From NCBI GenBank assembly GCA_051251915.1, contig JBPOGF010000015.1, positions 32,001 through 96,000 of the forward strand: a stretch of 64,000 nt of DNA. The letters run 5' to 3'. Shown one piece after another: positions 1 through 10,143 of the stretch; position 1 is the stretch's first letter; the number at the start of each line of letters is the position of its first letter. This DNA comes from Akkermansiaceae bacterium. Its GTDB lineage: Bacteria > Verrucomicrobiota > Verrucomicrobiia > Verrucomicrobiales > Akkermansiaceae. The notes below the pieces were generated by a model. It did not search any database. It saw only the letters and a list, made by a program, of their open reading frames with translations, and had not been told where the DNA came from. The position numbers and the translations under genes are program-made.

Positions 1-65
1 TCCTTTCAGATAAATATGAGAGCCTGAAGTTATTTTAAATGGTAATCTAGGTAATCTTGCCCAAG

Positions 66-99
66 AAAAAAAACGTAGCCTAATAAAAGGCTACGTTTT
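66..99 (-). terminator. Intrinsic terminator of rpmB
   Basis: Perfect stem AAAACGTAGCC/GGCTACGTTTT (70-99); the A-run at 66-73 gives a U-tract on the minus strand. Confidence 0.85.
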
Positions 100-127
100 G
101 AAATCTTGATTTAGAAAATCTAAAAGC

Positions 128-394
128 TTACTTGATAATGCCAGCTTTCTTAAGAGTGACGTATGCGCCATTCTTATTGATTGTCTTGAGAGCCTTCGCG
201 CTAAGCTTGACTTTCACTGTACGTCCTAGTTCAGGGACGAAGATGTTTTTAGTGTGAAGGTTTGGTGTTACCTTACGCTTCACTGTCTTAGTTACGTGGC
301 GTCCAATACCACCCTTTTTCTTTGCAAGACCTGAACGGTGAATCTTGCGTCCTACGCGGACCTTGGAACCTCTAATGCTACATACTCTTGCCAT
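128..394 (-). CDS. rpmB: 50S ribosomal protein L28
   Basis: MARVCSIRG start, TKRKV.PNL-like segment and LSAKALKTINK motif; basic, 88 aa. Confidence 0.95.
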   Translation of the reverse strand: MARVCSIRGSKVRVGRKIHRSGLAKKKGGIGRHVTKTVKRKVTPNLHTKNIFVPELGRTVKVKLSAKALKTINKNGAYVTLKKAGIIK

Positions 395-512
395 ATCTAT
401 AAAATTGTTTGTTTAGTTGTGGGGGCGAAGAAATACAGCAACAGAGAGAAAGGTCAAGGGGATTCCGCCATTTAATGACATTTTTTTTAACTTTAGTTAG
501 ATACTTTTAAGA

Positions 513-1106
513 TTACTTAGGTAAATCGGTCGCTTTCTGCCACTTAACGCTTACGTTCCAGCCCACCTTGAGGTAGAGCATTTGGATGTTCAGCTTGGCT
601 TGCTTTTGTGCATTTTCGATAATTTCAGGTCGATTTGCAGCTTTTTCGACCACTGCTTGAGCTTCTTGCATCGCATCATCTACTATTTTAGCCCTATTCT
701 TAGGATTTCTCAGCAGAGCAAATCTAACTCCTTTAATTCCACCGTGAAGTGTTCGCTCATGATCCACGCGTGCGGAAACTACTTTGGGCATTGGCAGGGT
801 GATGGAGGCAGTTTTTGCTTCTTCGTCTTTATCTGAGATAGTAGCTTGCGAGAGGTCGATGGTGATTAGAGCGTCACCGTTGATAGCCCAGAGACCTTCG
901 TAGTCTTTATTTGACCCTTTGAGGATGTCCGAGACATAGACGCGGTTGGTGACGAGTTCAGAAAGGGTTTCAATCTCTTCAACGGTGGGAGCCATGCTCA
1001 CAACGGTTGAGTTCTGCTCATCAATAAAATTTTTCTTTACCCACAATCCACATACAGCGAGGACCGCGATGAGGGTGAGAGGGAGGATAAGACGAATGAA
1101 TGACAT
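513..1106 (-). CDS. DUF4230-like membrane-anchored protein
   Basis: N-terminal TM; IDLS..., ITLPMPKV and IIENAQKQAK..I..L....GW.V pattern typical of DUF4230. Confidence 0.7.
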   Translation of the reverse strand: MSFIRLILPLTLIAVLAVCGLWVKKNFIDEQNSTVVSMAPTVEEIETLSELVTNRVYVSDILKGSNKDYEGLWAINGDALITIDLSQATISDKDEEAKTASITLPMPKVVSARVDHERTLHGGIKGVRFALLRNPKNRAKIVDDAMQEAQAVVEKAANRPEIIENAQKQAKLNIQMLYLKVGWNVSVKWQKATDLPK

Positions 1107-1117
1107 GAGCAGAGTGA

Positions 1118-1333
1118 TTACTTCGTGTTTTTATAGTCAGTCCGCATGCTTTCCCAGGTAGTGGGGTCTGCGCTTTTGTTTAAATAAGCTAGAGTGCCAA
1201 ACGCAGAAGCTCCTGCAGCAATAATGAAAACAGCCACTTTCTTCTTACGCGAGTTTTTAGCTCCAACATAACGTTTGTTGGGACTAGGCGGTGAAGCTTG
1301 GGAGGTTGAGTTAGGTTCAGTTTCGGTGTCCAT
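1118..1333 (-). CDS. Small hypothetical single-TM protein
   Basis: 71 aa with a basic stretch then a hydrophobic helix; promoter-like TTGTCT-17-TAGATT 9 nt upstream of the ATG; 11 nt gap to the next gene. Confidence 0.55.
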   Translation of the reverse strand: MDTETEPNSTSQASPPSPNKRYVGAKNSRKKKVAVFIIAAGASAFGTLAYLNKSADPTTWESMRTDYKNTK

Positions 1334-1401
1334 TCTGCCAACAATCTACTCTGATAAATCAAAATAGACAAATTTTATATCGCGTTGACAAAAACTTACC
1401 T

Positions 1402-2496
1402 CTAGCCGGATGCATTCGCTAATGCGGCTGATGCTGTAGGTAGGAAACTTTTGAATCTGTTTTTATCAATGGCTTTCATGTAGGCCTCTTCAGGACTTAC
1501 AATTCCTTTCTGGAGCAACGCCCAGATAGCTTCATCCATAAATTGCATTCCCAAATCAGCACCTTGCGTAATAACGTCGTTGAGTTTCTGAGTTTTACCT
1601 TCACGAATAATCGCAGCTACAGCCGGTGTCGTGAACATGATTTCATTCACAGCAACTCGACCGACTTTATCACAACGCTTCATGAGTAGCTGAGCGAGGA
1701 CTCCCTGAATCGAAGCTGCTAACATAGTGCGCACCTGAGCCTGCTGATCCGCAGGGAATACATCAATAATACGGTCAATGGTCTTTACCGCGTTGTTGGT
1801 GTGGAGTGTGCCGAATACTAACATTCCAGTCTCAGCTGCAGTTAGCGCGAGTGAAATGGTCTCCAGGTCTCGCATCTCACCAACCAGAACGATCTCAGCA
1901 TCTTCACGAAGTGATGCACGAAGACCATCTGCGAACGAGGCACAGTGTGCTGGAACTTCGCGCTGAGTGATGACACATTTTTTGTTCCTGTGAACGAATT
2001 CGATAGGTTCCTCAACAGTGATGATGTGTTTGCTGAAGTTATCATTAATGTAGTCAATAATGGCAGCAAGAGTGGTAGATTTACCAGACCCTGTTGGTCC
2101 TGTAACTAGCACTAGTCCAGCGCGGATCGCTGCGAAATTCTTTACTACTTCAGGAATACCAAGCTGCTCGATGGTTGCAATTTCAGTAGGGATAAGTCTG
2201 AAAATAGCACCCAATCCGAATTGTTGTTTAAAGAAGTTACAACGGAAACGGGAATCGATATTCATCTCGTATGCGAAATCGAGATCTCCTTCTTCAAGGA
2301 ACTTTTCGTATGATTTCTCTTCACAAATTCCCATCAGATATTGATTGATTGTTTCGTGATCCATAACTGGCTCACCTTCGATGGCTGAAACTCCACCATG
2401 GACACGCATTTTCGGCGGGTAGCCTTCGGTGAGGTGAAGATCTGAGCCGCCTTGGTCGATGAGGATTTGAAAGAGTCTGTCGATGCTATTAGACAT
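1402..2496 (-). CDS. pilT: PilT/PilU-family type IV pilus retraction ATPase
   Basis: GSDLHL, Walker A GPTGSGKST, EEPIE Asp box, LVGEMRD Walker B, GTLHT His box. Confidence 0.9.
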   Translation of the reverse strand: MSNSIDRLFQILIDQGGSDLHLTEGYPPKMRVHGGVSAIEGEPVMDHETINQYLMGICEEKSYEKFLEEGDLDFAYEMNIDSRFRCNFFKQQFGLGAIFRLIPTEIATIEQLGIPEVVKNFAAIRAGLVLVTGPTGSGKSTTLAAIIDYINDNFSKHIITVEEPIEFVHRNKKCVITQREVPAHCASFADGLRASLREDAEIVLVGEMRDLETISLALTAAETGMLVFGTLHTNNAVKTIDRIIDVFPADQQAQVRTMLAASIQGVLAQLLMKRCDKVGRVAVNEIMFTTPAVAAIIREGKTQKLNDVITQGADLGMQFMDEAIWALLQKGIVSPEEAYMKAIDKNRFKSFLPTASAALANASG

Positions 2497-2532
2497 AAGA
2501 TATAAGTATTAAATGATTATTAGAAATGGAAA

Positions 2533-3615
2533 TTATGATTTGAGGAATTCTCTCATGACAGTTCTGTCTTCACAGCGATGAAGAGCAGATTCTGCTGTGA
2601 TTTGCCCAGATATGTAGAGATCTCTGAGTGAGTCATCCATTGTAGTCATACCTATGGTTTTACCAGTTTGCATGATGCCAGGTAGCATGAATGTTTTACC
2701 ATCACGGATAGTGGCTCCTACAGCAGGAGTGTTGACTAGGACTTCTAGGGCCAGACAACGCCCATTGCCGTCTGCATTAGGGACAAGTTGCTGAGAAATG
2801 ATTCCACGGAGTGATTCCGCGACCATGACTCGGATCTGTCCACGCTGATCAATAGGAAATACGTCAAGAATACGATCGAGTGTTCGAGGTGCATTTCCTG
2901 TATGGAGCGTTCCTAGAACGAGGTGACCGGTTTCCGCTGCGGTGATGGCAAGCTGAATGGTCTCAAGGTTTCTCATTTCACCCACCACGATGATATCTGG
3001 ATCTTCACGCAGAGCTGCACGTAGCGCACGCGGGAATGATTCTGAATGCGGTCCAATTTCACGTTGATTCATATGGCAACCTTGTGGAGTATGTACGAAT
3101 TCGATAGGATCTTCAAGGCAGAGAATATGGTCACGTCTGTCTTTGTTGATAAAGTCTACTAAAGCAGCAAGAGTGGTGGATTTACCAGAACCCACGGAAC
3201 CAGTGATGAGGATAAGACCGTTGTGGTATCTGGTGAGAGGGACTAGAAATTCTTCAGGAAGCTTGAGGTCCTGCATGGTGCGGATCTCTGTGCTAATGAT
3301 ACGGAAAACAATACCTTTACCAAGTCTGTGCTGCACTACTGAACAACGATAACGGGCAAATTGGTTCTCATAGGAGCAATCTGTGTCACCCACTTCCTTG
3401 AGTCTAGCCATGCCTTTATCATCGAGAAATGAAGCGATGAGCGTTTCCACCTGATCATTCGTGAGTGGTTCAGTGTCGTCCCAAATAGGCTGTAGATTTC
3501 CGTGTCTTCTCCATGCAGGAGGGAATCCAGTAGTGAGGTGGATATCTGAAGCTTCATATTCCACAGCCATCTGAAGATAGGTGTCGACGTGTTCGTAAAA
3601 GTGATTTTCTGCCAT
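2533..3615 (-). CDS. pilT: PilT/PilU-family type IV pilus retraction ATPase (second paralog)
   Basis: ASDIHL, GSVGSGKST, EDPIE, LREDPD, VGEMR, TGHLVLGTLHT. Confidence 0.9.
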   Translation of the reverse strand: MAENHFYEHVDTYLQMAVEYEASDIHLTTGFPPAWRRHGNLQPIWDDTEPLTNDQVETLIASFLDDKGMARLKEVGDTDCSYENQFARYRCSVVQHRLGKGIVFRIISTEIRTMQDLKLPEEFLVPLTRYHNGLILITGSVGSGKSTTLAALVDFINKDRRDHILCLEDPIEFVHTPQGCHMNQREIGPHSESFPRALRAALREDPDIIVVGEMRNLETIQLAITAAETGHLVLGTLHTGNAPRTLDRILDVFPIDQRGQIRVMVAESLRGIISQQLVPNADGNGRCLALEVLVNTPAVGATIRDGKTFMLPGIMQTGKTIGMTTMDDSLRDLYISGQITAESALHRCEDRTVMREFLKS

Positions 3616-3732
3616 GTATAAGGTGATAAAATTTTAGACTACACACTAGAGACAATATTCTGACTCTTTTGGCACGCAAAAAATCACATTTCTTTCACAT
3701 GCTATGTATGCAAATTGATTATGGAATCAAGG

Positions 3733-6261
3733 CTATGGCAGTTTGACTTCATCGAGGTAAAACACTCCCGTTCCATGACTCGTTAAGCATCCATAGGTTG
3801 TTTCACCACTTGGGCCTTGCTCCGCTTGGAGAATAATCACAGGGTTAGAGTAGTCACAGCTTTCGAGGATGTTATTCTCTTTTAGCAGATAGGTGAAAAT
3901 GGGGAGTTGGAGAGGTAATAGTTTGCCTCTTCCCTCGAAATGGAAATACGCCTTACGCTGAGATACATCTTCTTTGGTGGCTGGGCGAGTGATTGCTGAT
4001 GGGGGAGCGAGGTAATATCTTCTGATGTGATCGCCATTTCCAAGATGAAGGGCATACTTTTCTGGGAGTTCTTTAATGGGGTGCGATTTAAGTGCCTGAT
4101 GAAGCTGATTCAATGCGGTGTCTCGATTTATTAAAAGTGGTGAGTATGGAGGAAGATCAAGAACGATGTCCTGGAGTCGCATAGCTGCAATATCACAGAT
4201 TCTTAGAGTAACTATTTCATTATTGTGAGGTTGCGTATTCAGCCAATCTATATCTTCATTATACTCCCACCCATAGTAGGAGTCGCCTGAAGTTAGAATG
4301 TTTCTGCCTTGAACCTGTATTGATTTTTTAGTGGCTGTCTTGTTGTCTAATTCATTGATCAGCATTTTGATCGCAAATAGATGATTTTTCCAATTAATGT
4401 GCTGTTCTTCTAAAAAGGAATCGTTTTTTCTGAATGGATTTTTATTGTCTAGCAACCCTTTTAGAATGTTTTTATAGTGCCGGTGAAGCTGGTGATTTTT
4501 CACCGTGATATTATTTAAAGCTAGTTCGCAGGAGGGATTGCGAATCTTAACTAATTTATTGATGATTGTTACTAGCTCACTATTACCGTAGAGCATTTCT
4601 CCTGAATCAAACTTCTGAGCGAAATCTTTGACCTGACTGGGGTCACCACAGGAATTGATCGTTGTGGCAATTAACAATTTAGGGAGTATTGAGGATTCTT
4701 TTTGATAAGCTTTGGCGAGTTCTGGGATAATGCGCGGGTCTCTGACCTTGGCTAAAGCGTTAAAGCAGTATATACGATTGTCTACTTCTTCAAAATCTCC
4801 GCGCTCTAGTAGTTCTTGAGCAAACAACCATATAGCTTCCGCTAGGGTGGGGTTGTTAAACCGATCCAATAGGGGGTGGGCTTCATGATTATTTACTGAT
4901 TTCAGGACAGCGTTACCAGTAGAAAAGGTGGTGCCGCTTGTGAACTCATAGTCAGACCATGCCAGTAGTTGAAGTGCATCAAGCCTGCGATCATCGCTAG
5001 CCTCTCGATCAGCGAGACGATTCATGAATCGCTGAGTACGTTCCGTTCTGCCATGCTTGCCCCAATAATTGCGGAGTTTTTTAACCAGTTCTTTTGTTTT
5101 CCCAGCTTCTTGGGATGTGAAGCTAGAACCAGTTGAAGCCGCCTCGAAGAGGGGTTCTTGAAGAATGCACATGATCGCCGTAAGGGCTGATTCTTTTACA
5201 GAAAGAATGGTGCGTGAATTATGGTGCAAACGCCAGTAATGAAATGAACGTGTGAGTCGATCATCAGATTCTAAACAATCAATCAGATCAGGAATAGCTG
5301 CATCTCCTAATTTGATCAGTTCATAGACTCTCCAATCACTAGCTAGATCCACTCCACCTGGCTGTCCATTCTGGATTTCATTTACTTGATCTAACTTAGA
5401 AATAAGAAATTTCATCCGTTTTTGACTCTCCCAGTTGGCCAACTCTTTAGGCATAGTTTCATGGGAAGCTTCTAGGATAGCATTTTCATTCTTTCTGCGT
5501 TGTAGGTCAGCAAGAAATCTTTCTCCATTCCCGAAACGTGTTAATGCCTCAGTATCTAATTTATTAAGTCGAATTAAAAGATCCAGAGCGATGTCGCTAC
5601 GGCAACGACTATGAGTTTCCACGGCTGTTCTATATAACGCCCAAGGTGAACTTCCTCCTAATTGTCCCAAGAAGTGGCGCCAAGGGTCGATCGGAGTATC
5701 GTCATTACGTAGATTGTTTTCTAAACCCGCTTTGTGGAAAGCGACCGTATGTTTCCAGTAGGTTCGCGCATCATCAATATTGCCGGTCCTATACAACATG
5801 ATAGCCGCTAAAGCTGGAGTAAGTTCTTGTTCACCAAAATTAAATGCAGACTCAAAGATCATGTCTTTTGTAATCTTTTTCTTTAACAGTAGTTCGAACC
5901 GTTGATTGCAGTGCTTCTTGAAATCAATTATTTCAAATTCCGTGCTATGGCTGGTGCTCCCATTTAAGAAATAAATGATTCCTCGCTTATCTCGCCAGCC
6001 ATAGCGCCAATGTGATTCTTGGTAGCCATGCGTTTCATAGCTCATCTCACAACGGATAAATTTACAGTCTTTAACTTGGGTAATATTGCCTGATAGATAC
6101 TTGCTTATTTCGATTAAACTATCAAGGTCTGAGGTGATCTCAGGTAGCACTAGTTTTTTATCGGCAGCATTGATTTGGGAGAGCGATACTAAGCACAACG
6201 AGATGATCACAAGTATCTTATTCATAATTATCATCTTAGTCAGTCTATAAACCCTGTCCAT
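3733..6261 (-). CDS. Large secreted hypothetical alpha-helical protein
   Basis: 842-aa ORF with a signal-peptide-like N-terminus (MNKILVIISLCLVSLSQINA) and HEAT-like segments (LGDAAIPDLIDCL); start could be 6261, 6234 or 6225. Confidence 0.75.
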   Translation of the reverse strand: MDRVYRLTKMIIMNKILVIISLCLVSLSQINAADKKLVLPEITSDLDSLIEISKYLSGNITQVKDCKFIRCEMSYETHGYQESHWRYGWRDKRGIIYFLNGSTSHSTEFEIIDFKKHCNQRFELLLKKKITKDMIFESAFNFGEQELTPALAAIMLYRTGNIDDARTYWKHTVAFHKAGLENNLRNDDTPIDPWRHFLGQLGGSSPWALYRTAVETHSRCRSDIALDLLIRLNKLDTEALTRFGNGERFLADLQRRKNENAILEASHETMPKELANWESQKRMKFLISKLDQVNEIQNGQPGGVDLASDWRVYELIKLGDAAIPDLIDCLESDDRLTRSFHYWRLHHNSRTILSVKESALTAIMCILQEPLFEAASTGSSFTSQEAGKTKELVKKLRNYWGKHGRTERTQRFMNRLADREASDDRRLDALQLLAWSDYEFTSGTTFSTGNAVLKSVNNHEAHPLLDRFNNPTLAEAIWLFAQELLERGDFEEVDNRIYCFNALAKVRDPRIIPELAKAYQKESSILPKLLIATTINSCGDPSQVKDFAQKFDSGEMLYGNSELVTIINKLVKIRNPSCELALNNITVKNHQLHRHYKNILKGLLDNKNPFRKNDSFLEEQHINWKNHLFAIKMLINELDNKTATKKSIQVQGRNILTSGDSYYGWEYNEDIDWLNTQPHNNEIVTLRICDIAAMRLQDIVLDLPPYSPLLINRDTALNQLHQALKSHPIKELPEKYALHLGNGDHIRRYYLAPPSAITRPATKEDVSQRKAYFHFEGRGKLLPLQLPIFTYLLKENNILESCDYSNPVIILQAEQGPSGETTYGCLTSHGTGVFYLDEVKLP

Positions 6262-6294
6262 CTCAATATCAAACTATGCAAGTGCTCGCAAACT

Positions 6295-6329
6295 AAAACA
6301 GCCGCAAGGATTTCTCCGAGCGGCTGTTT
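6295..6329 (-). terminator. Intrinsic terminator after rplT
   Basis: Stem AAACAGCCGC/GCGGCTGTTT downstream of the rplT stop. Confidence 0.75.
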
Positions 6330-6368
6330 GTTAAGTATTGTTTTTATTGTCTATACTAGACTGCTTAG

Positions 6369-6740
6369 TTACGCTGCGTTTTTCTTAGCAAGCGCGTCTT
6401 TTGCGAGTTCTACGACTGCGTTGAATGCAGAAATATCGTTGACCGCGAGGTCTGCGAGAATCTTACGATCCACATCGATGTTAGCTGCTTTCACGCCTTC
6501 CATGAAGCGAGAGTAAGTGATCTCCTGTGCACGAGATGCAGCGGAAATACGCTGAATCCAGAGGCGGCGGAATTGTCCCTTACGCTTTTTGCGGTCACGG
6601 TATTCGTACTGACGTGCTTTGATAACAGCGTCTTTCGCGTAGCGGTATAGCTTTGAACGGAAACCACGGAAACCCTTCGCACGGAGAAGTACTCTCTTGC
6701 GGCGAGCGCGTGATGCCGGACTGTTTGTTGCTCTTGGCAT
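6369..6740 (-). CDS. rplT: 50S ribosomal protein L20
   Basis: AKGFRG, YRDRKKRKGQFRRLWIQRI, DRKILADLAV. Confidence 0.98.
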   Translation of the reverse strand: MPRATNSPASRARRKRVLLRAKGFRGFRSKLYRYAKDAVIKARQYEYRDRKKRKGQFRRLWIQRISAASRAQEITYSRFMEGVKAANIDVDRKILADLAVNDISAFNAVVELAKDALAKKNAA

Positions 6741-6915
6741 TGTTCTATTTTTCTTTAACAGACTGTTTTATTCCTATCTCCCACAGTCTCGTCCGTTATT
6801 ATTCCAGCTATGCTGAAAAGGCTGTGTAGAGTCTACTCGAATTGCGAGTAGGGGTGCTTGGTCAGTGTGTCGCCTAGCTTTTCATTGTTACTGCATTAGT
6901 AAACTACAAATGAGC

Positions 6916-7125
6916 CTAGTGGAAAGGAAGTGATTCCTTAATTCTTGGTGCATCTGCTGCTGATGCAAGACATGCTTTCCCGAGGGAACGCTTACGCTTT
7001 GAACTCTTCTTTTGAAGAAGGTGGCGTTTGCCTTGCTTGCGGCGGAGTAGTTTACCAGTACCAGTTACTTTGAAACGCTTTGCTACTGACTTACGTGTCT
7101 TGGCTTTACCTGATTTTCTGGCCAT
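6916..7125 (-). CDS. rpmI: 50S ribosomal protein L35
   Basis: KTRKSVAKRFKVTGTGK, HLLQKKSSKRKR; adjacent to rplT. Confidence 0.97.
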   Translation of the reverse strand: MARKSGKAKTRKSVAKRFKVTGTGKLLRRKQGKRHLLQKKSSKRKRSLGKACLASAADAPRIKESLPFH

Positions 7126-7134
7126 GGAAAGCGG

Positions 7135-7162
7135 AAGCTAGACAGATAAGGCTATTAATCAA
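7135..7162 (-). promoter_or_regulatory. Candidate sigma70 promoter of rpmI-rplT (near-leaderless)
   Basis: TTGATT-16 nt-TAGCTT, then 9 nt to the ATG. Confidence 0.5.
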
Positions 7163-7250
7163 GACAAATATCACTCTTTTAGATAAATTAATCATTTTTT
7201 TTGAGAATTGAGTTGTGAACTGGCGATTCAACGTGTTGCCTACATCAACT

Positions 7251-7757
7251 ATGAGCGATATTTCAGATATAAAGATAAGCATGAAGACCTCGAAAGGGGA
7301 GATTACGATCACGATGTTTGCTAATGATGCACAGGTAACCTGCGCTAATTTCCTCAACCTCGTATCACGTGGATACTATGATGGTTTGAAATTTCACCGT
7401 GTGATTCCAGACTTCATGGTGCAAGGCGGAGACCCTACTGGTACAGGAAGTGGTGGGCCTGGGTATAAATTTGAATGTGAATGTAAGCCATGGCTTAAGC
7501 ACGAAAAGCCAGGTATTCTCTCCATGGCAAATGCTGGGCCAAACACCAACGGTTCACAGTTTTTCATCACTCACGTGGCAACTCCTTGGCTAGATGGTAA
7601 GCACACTGTTTTCGGTGCCGTTTCTGAGGGAATGGATGTTGTTAATGCTATAGTTGGTGGTGATAAGATTGAAACGGTAACTATATTAGATAGTGCAGAC
7701 GACCTATTCGCAGTACAAGCAGACCGCATTACTGACTGGAACAAAGCACTAAAATAA
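7251..7757 (+). CDS. Cyclophilin-type peptidyl-prolyl cis-trans isomerase
   Basis: [52 protein letters not shown] at 7251 preferred over GTG at 7215. Confidence 0.95.
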   Translation: MSDISDIKISMKTSKGEITITMFANDAQVTCANFLNLVSRGYYDGLKFHRVIPDFMVQGGDPTGTGSGGPGYKFECECKPWLKHEKPGILSMANAGPNTNGSQFFITHVATPWLDGKHTVFGAVSEGMDVVNAIVGGDKIETVTILDSADDLFAVQADRITDWNKALK

Positions 7758-7869
7758 GATCCACTTTTAAGGTGTCGCAATCGAAGATTCTCAAGAATTT
7801 GCCGCTTGCGATACTGTTAATAACATCTAACTTTCCAGACGCAAATCACATTTATTGCCGAACAACCTT

Positions 7870-8583
7870 ATGAAGATTTTCACACCACTCATCACCGTGC
7901 TTTCATTAGCAACTGCTAGCCTCTCAGCCAGCGAACCTCCAACTGTTTTAGGACAATATCTAGAACCTGATAAAGTGACTAAAGGTGAAGTTGTGCAACT
8001 GGATATCCCATCAGGGTTTCTGAAATTCAGAGATTTCTTAAAACAAGCTCAAGAGGCTGACCCCGAGTGGTATAAGGCTCATCAAGAAAAGGCAGGTAAG
8101 GAAAACCCAATCCCTCCTTTTGACACTAAATTAGGCATGACTAAGGCTGAGTATGACAAATACGTCGCCCTCTGGGAGCAGAGATCTTATAAGCGTATCG
8201 AAGATGGTGAGGTCCACCTTATTCTTAAAGAGGATGGCGAAAACGAATGGGTTATCAACATTTCAGGAAAAGGAATGCCAGTCTCTCTACTCAAATATAT
8301 AGCAGCACAAGATCAATTTAAATCTAGCAATGGGACATTAATCAGAATTGAAGATATCAAATCACCAAAGGAAAGCATCTACCGCGAGTGGAGTGGACAA
8401 GAGTGGAGATATTTCAATGATGGAGACCTCGTCAAAACCAAAGAAAACATAGCTATCGGCAGAACTGGTGACGGTAAATATGGTTTACTAATCTATTCTC
8501 TCCAAGAGCTTTCTGGAAATGGTAGCCCATTAGCCGACGATCTACTTATGATCCGTTTCGTTCCCAAGAAACTTCAGAAATAA
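7870..8583 (+). CDS. Secreted hypothetical protein
   Basis: Signal peptide MKIFTPLITVLSLATASLSA; family not recognised. Confidence 0.75.
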   Translation: MKIFTPLITVLSLATASLSASEPPTVLGQYLEPDKVTKGEVVQLDIPSGFLKFRDFLKQAQEADPEWYKAHQEKAGKENPIPPFDTKLGMTKAEYDKYVALWEQRSYKRIEDGEVHLILKEDGENEWVINISGKGMPVSLLKYIAAQDQFKSSNGTLIRIEDIKSPKESIYREWSGQEWRYFNDGDLVKTKENIAIGRTGDGKYGLLIYSLQELSGNGSPLADDLLMIRFVPKKLQK

Positions 8584-8604
8584 CCTTATTATTATTGTAA
8601 ACGA

Positions 8605-10065
8605 GTGTCAGAGAGATCAGCGACAGTAGAGAAAAAATCACAGACCAGCCATAAATTGAAATGGCGTAGGTACTTTGCCTTTCTGGTTATTTTCATCGTC
8701 TTGATCTATCTTCTGTCGCTAGTATTACTGAATACCTCTTGGGCTAAAAATAAGCTGACCAACAAGTTCAATCAGAAATCTAACACCGAATGGGAGGTAG
8801 GTTCCGTCCTTTGGATTCCCTTTGGTGATATAGAGCTTAATAACCTCCAAACAAAAATGGGGGACGGTGGAATTCAAATAAAATCTCTCAGTGTAGAGCC
8901 TTCGTGGCAAAATTTATTTTCGGGGGAATTAAGACTCATGGGAGCCACGGCCAAGGGAGCAGAGGTGGATCTGGATCTTAAGTGGCTAAAAGAAAACTCT
9001 AACAATGATGCTGAGATCATCACTAGAACTAAACCTAAAACAACCAAACCTACTCCCAAAATAACGCCCAAAAAACCTACTAAACCACCTGTAAACCCTA
9101 CGACACCAAAGCAGCCTCAAAAGCCGGTATCTAATCCTGTAGTTACTGAGATTCCTAAAATCGACACCTCTCCAAATCGATGGCTAACAATAGAAAAGTT
9201 GAATGTTACTGTTAGAAATGGAGATGAAGTCATTGATCAAATAACAGATATTACTGCATCCATACCTTATGCAGGCAAGCCTGCAGAAGGTGGAATTCAA
9301 TTAAAATTTCATGATTATGAACATAAAGTTGAAATCCATTGGGATGGAAAAGAGCTTCACGCAGAAGATACTGAAGGTGAAATTTTCAACGTCAAGTATC
9401 AGTGGAAAATCGCGTGTAAACTGAATCAGCGAGGTAGTCCATTTGCATTCATCTTCAATGTGCCCCAGCAAAAACTAAATTATATTCACAACAAGCCAAA
9501 TCTCCACCTTAGTCTGACCTCAGATAAAATTGCAACTTCTTTTATGCTTAACGGAAGCCTTAAAAACCCGCTCACTTGGCGCGGTCTCCTCAATGCGCAG
9601 ACAGGGCGATTGATCATAACTGAAAATCAAAAAACTCACAAGCGCCTAGAGTTCGATCACACTCACCTAGTTGGATCTATCGCAAATGGCGCTATTCACA
9701 TTCCTAGCGCAGAAGCTATTGGTCACAAAACTTCTATCCTTGCGAATGGAGTCATTCATAAGAATCTATATAGCTATGGCGTGGTCAGATTGATCACTAA
9801 CGAAGAAGCAAGAGGTTTTTATGAAGGTGTATATCATGCAACAAAGCTCATTCATATTGATCAAAATTCTTATCACTTCTTATTTCCACTAGATACTCCT
9901 GAACGAAGATATTGTGATCTATACTTAGACGGCAAACTGACTGATCTAGAAATTCGACATAATCGAAGCAATAGTTGGCAACCGCTTAATATACTCATAA
10001 AGAAGCTGTTCAACTTCAAAAACAATGAACTTGCAGAAGACGGCCTTTTAGAGTCGGCACAATAA
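8605..10065 (+). CDS. Membrane-anchored AsmA-like hypothetical protein
   Basis: N-terminal TM, beta-rich AsmA-N-like segment, Pro/Lys/Thr linker. Confidence 0.55.
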   Translation: MSERSATVEKKSQTSHKLKWRRYFAFLVIFIVLIYLLSLVLLNTSWAKNKLTNKFNQKSNTEWEVGSVLWIPFGDIELNNLQTKMGDGGIQIKSLSVEPSWQNLFSGELRLMGATAKGAEVDLDLKWLKENSNNDAEIITRTKPKTTKPTPKITPKKPTKPPVNPTTPKQPQKPVSNPVVTEIPKIDTSPNRWLTIEKLNVTVRNGDEVIDQITDITASIPYAGKPAEGGIQLKFHDYEHKVEIHWDGKELHAEDTEGEIFNVKYQWKIACKLNQRGSPFAFIFNVPQQKLNYIHNKPNLHLSLTSDKIATSFMLNGSLKNPLTWRGLLNAQTGRLIITENQKTHKRLEFDHTHLVGSIANGAIHIPSAEAIGHKTSILANGVIHKNLYSYGVVRLITNEEARGFYEGVYHATKLIHIDQNSYHFLFPLDTPERRYCDLYLDGKLTDLEIRHNRSNSWQPLNILIKKLFNFKNNELAEDGLLESAQ

Positions 10066-10081
10066 AGAGTCGGCACAATAA
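10050..10081 (+). repeat. Perfect 16-bp tandem duplication over a stop codon
   Basis: AGAGTCGGCACAATAA x2. Confidence 0.95.
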
Positions 10082-10143
10082 AAATGATGTTTTAGAGGCA
10101 AACAGCAGGGAGGGCATTAAGTCTCTATTACTCTAAACTTCAG

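Noticed and set aside
3670..3686. TGGCACG as a sigma54 -24 element
   Set aside because: No TTGC -12 element at the right spacing, and it points away from the adjacent minus-strand genes
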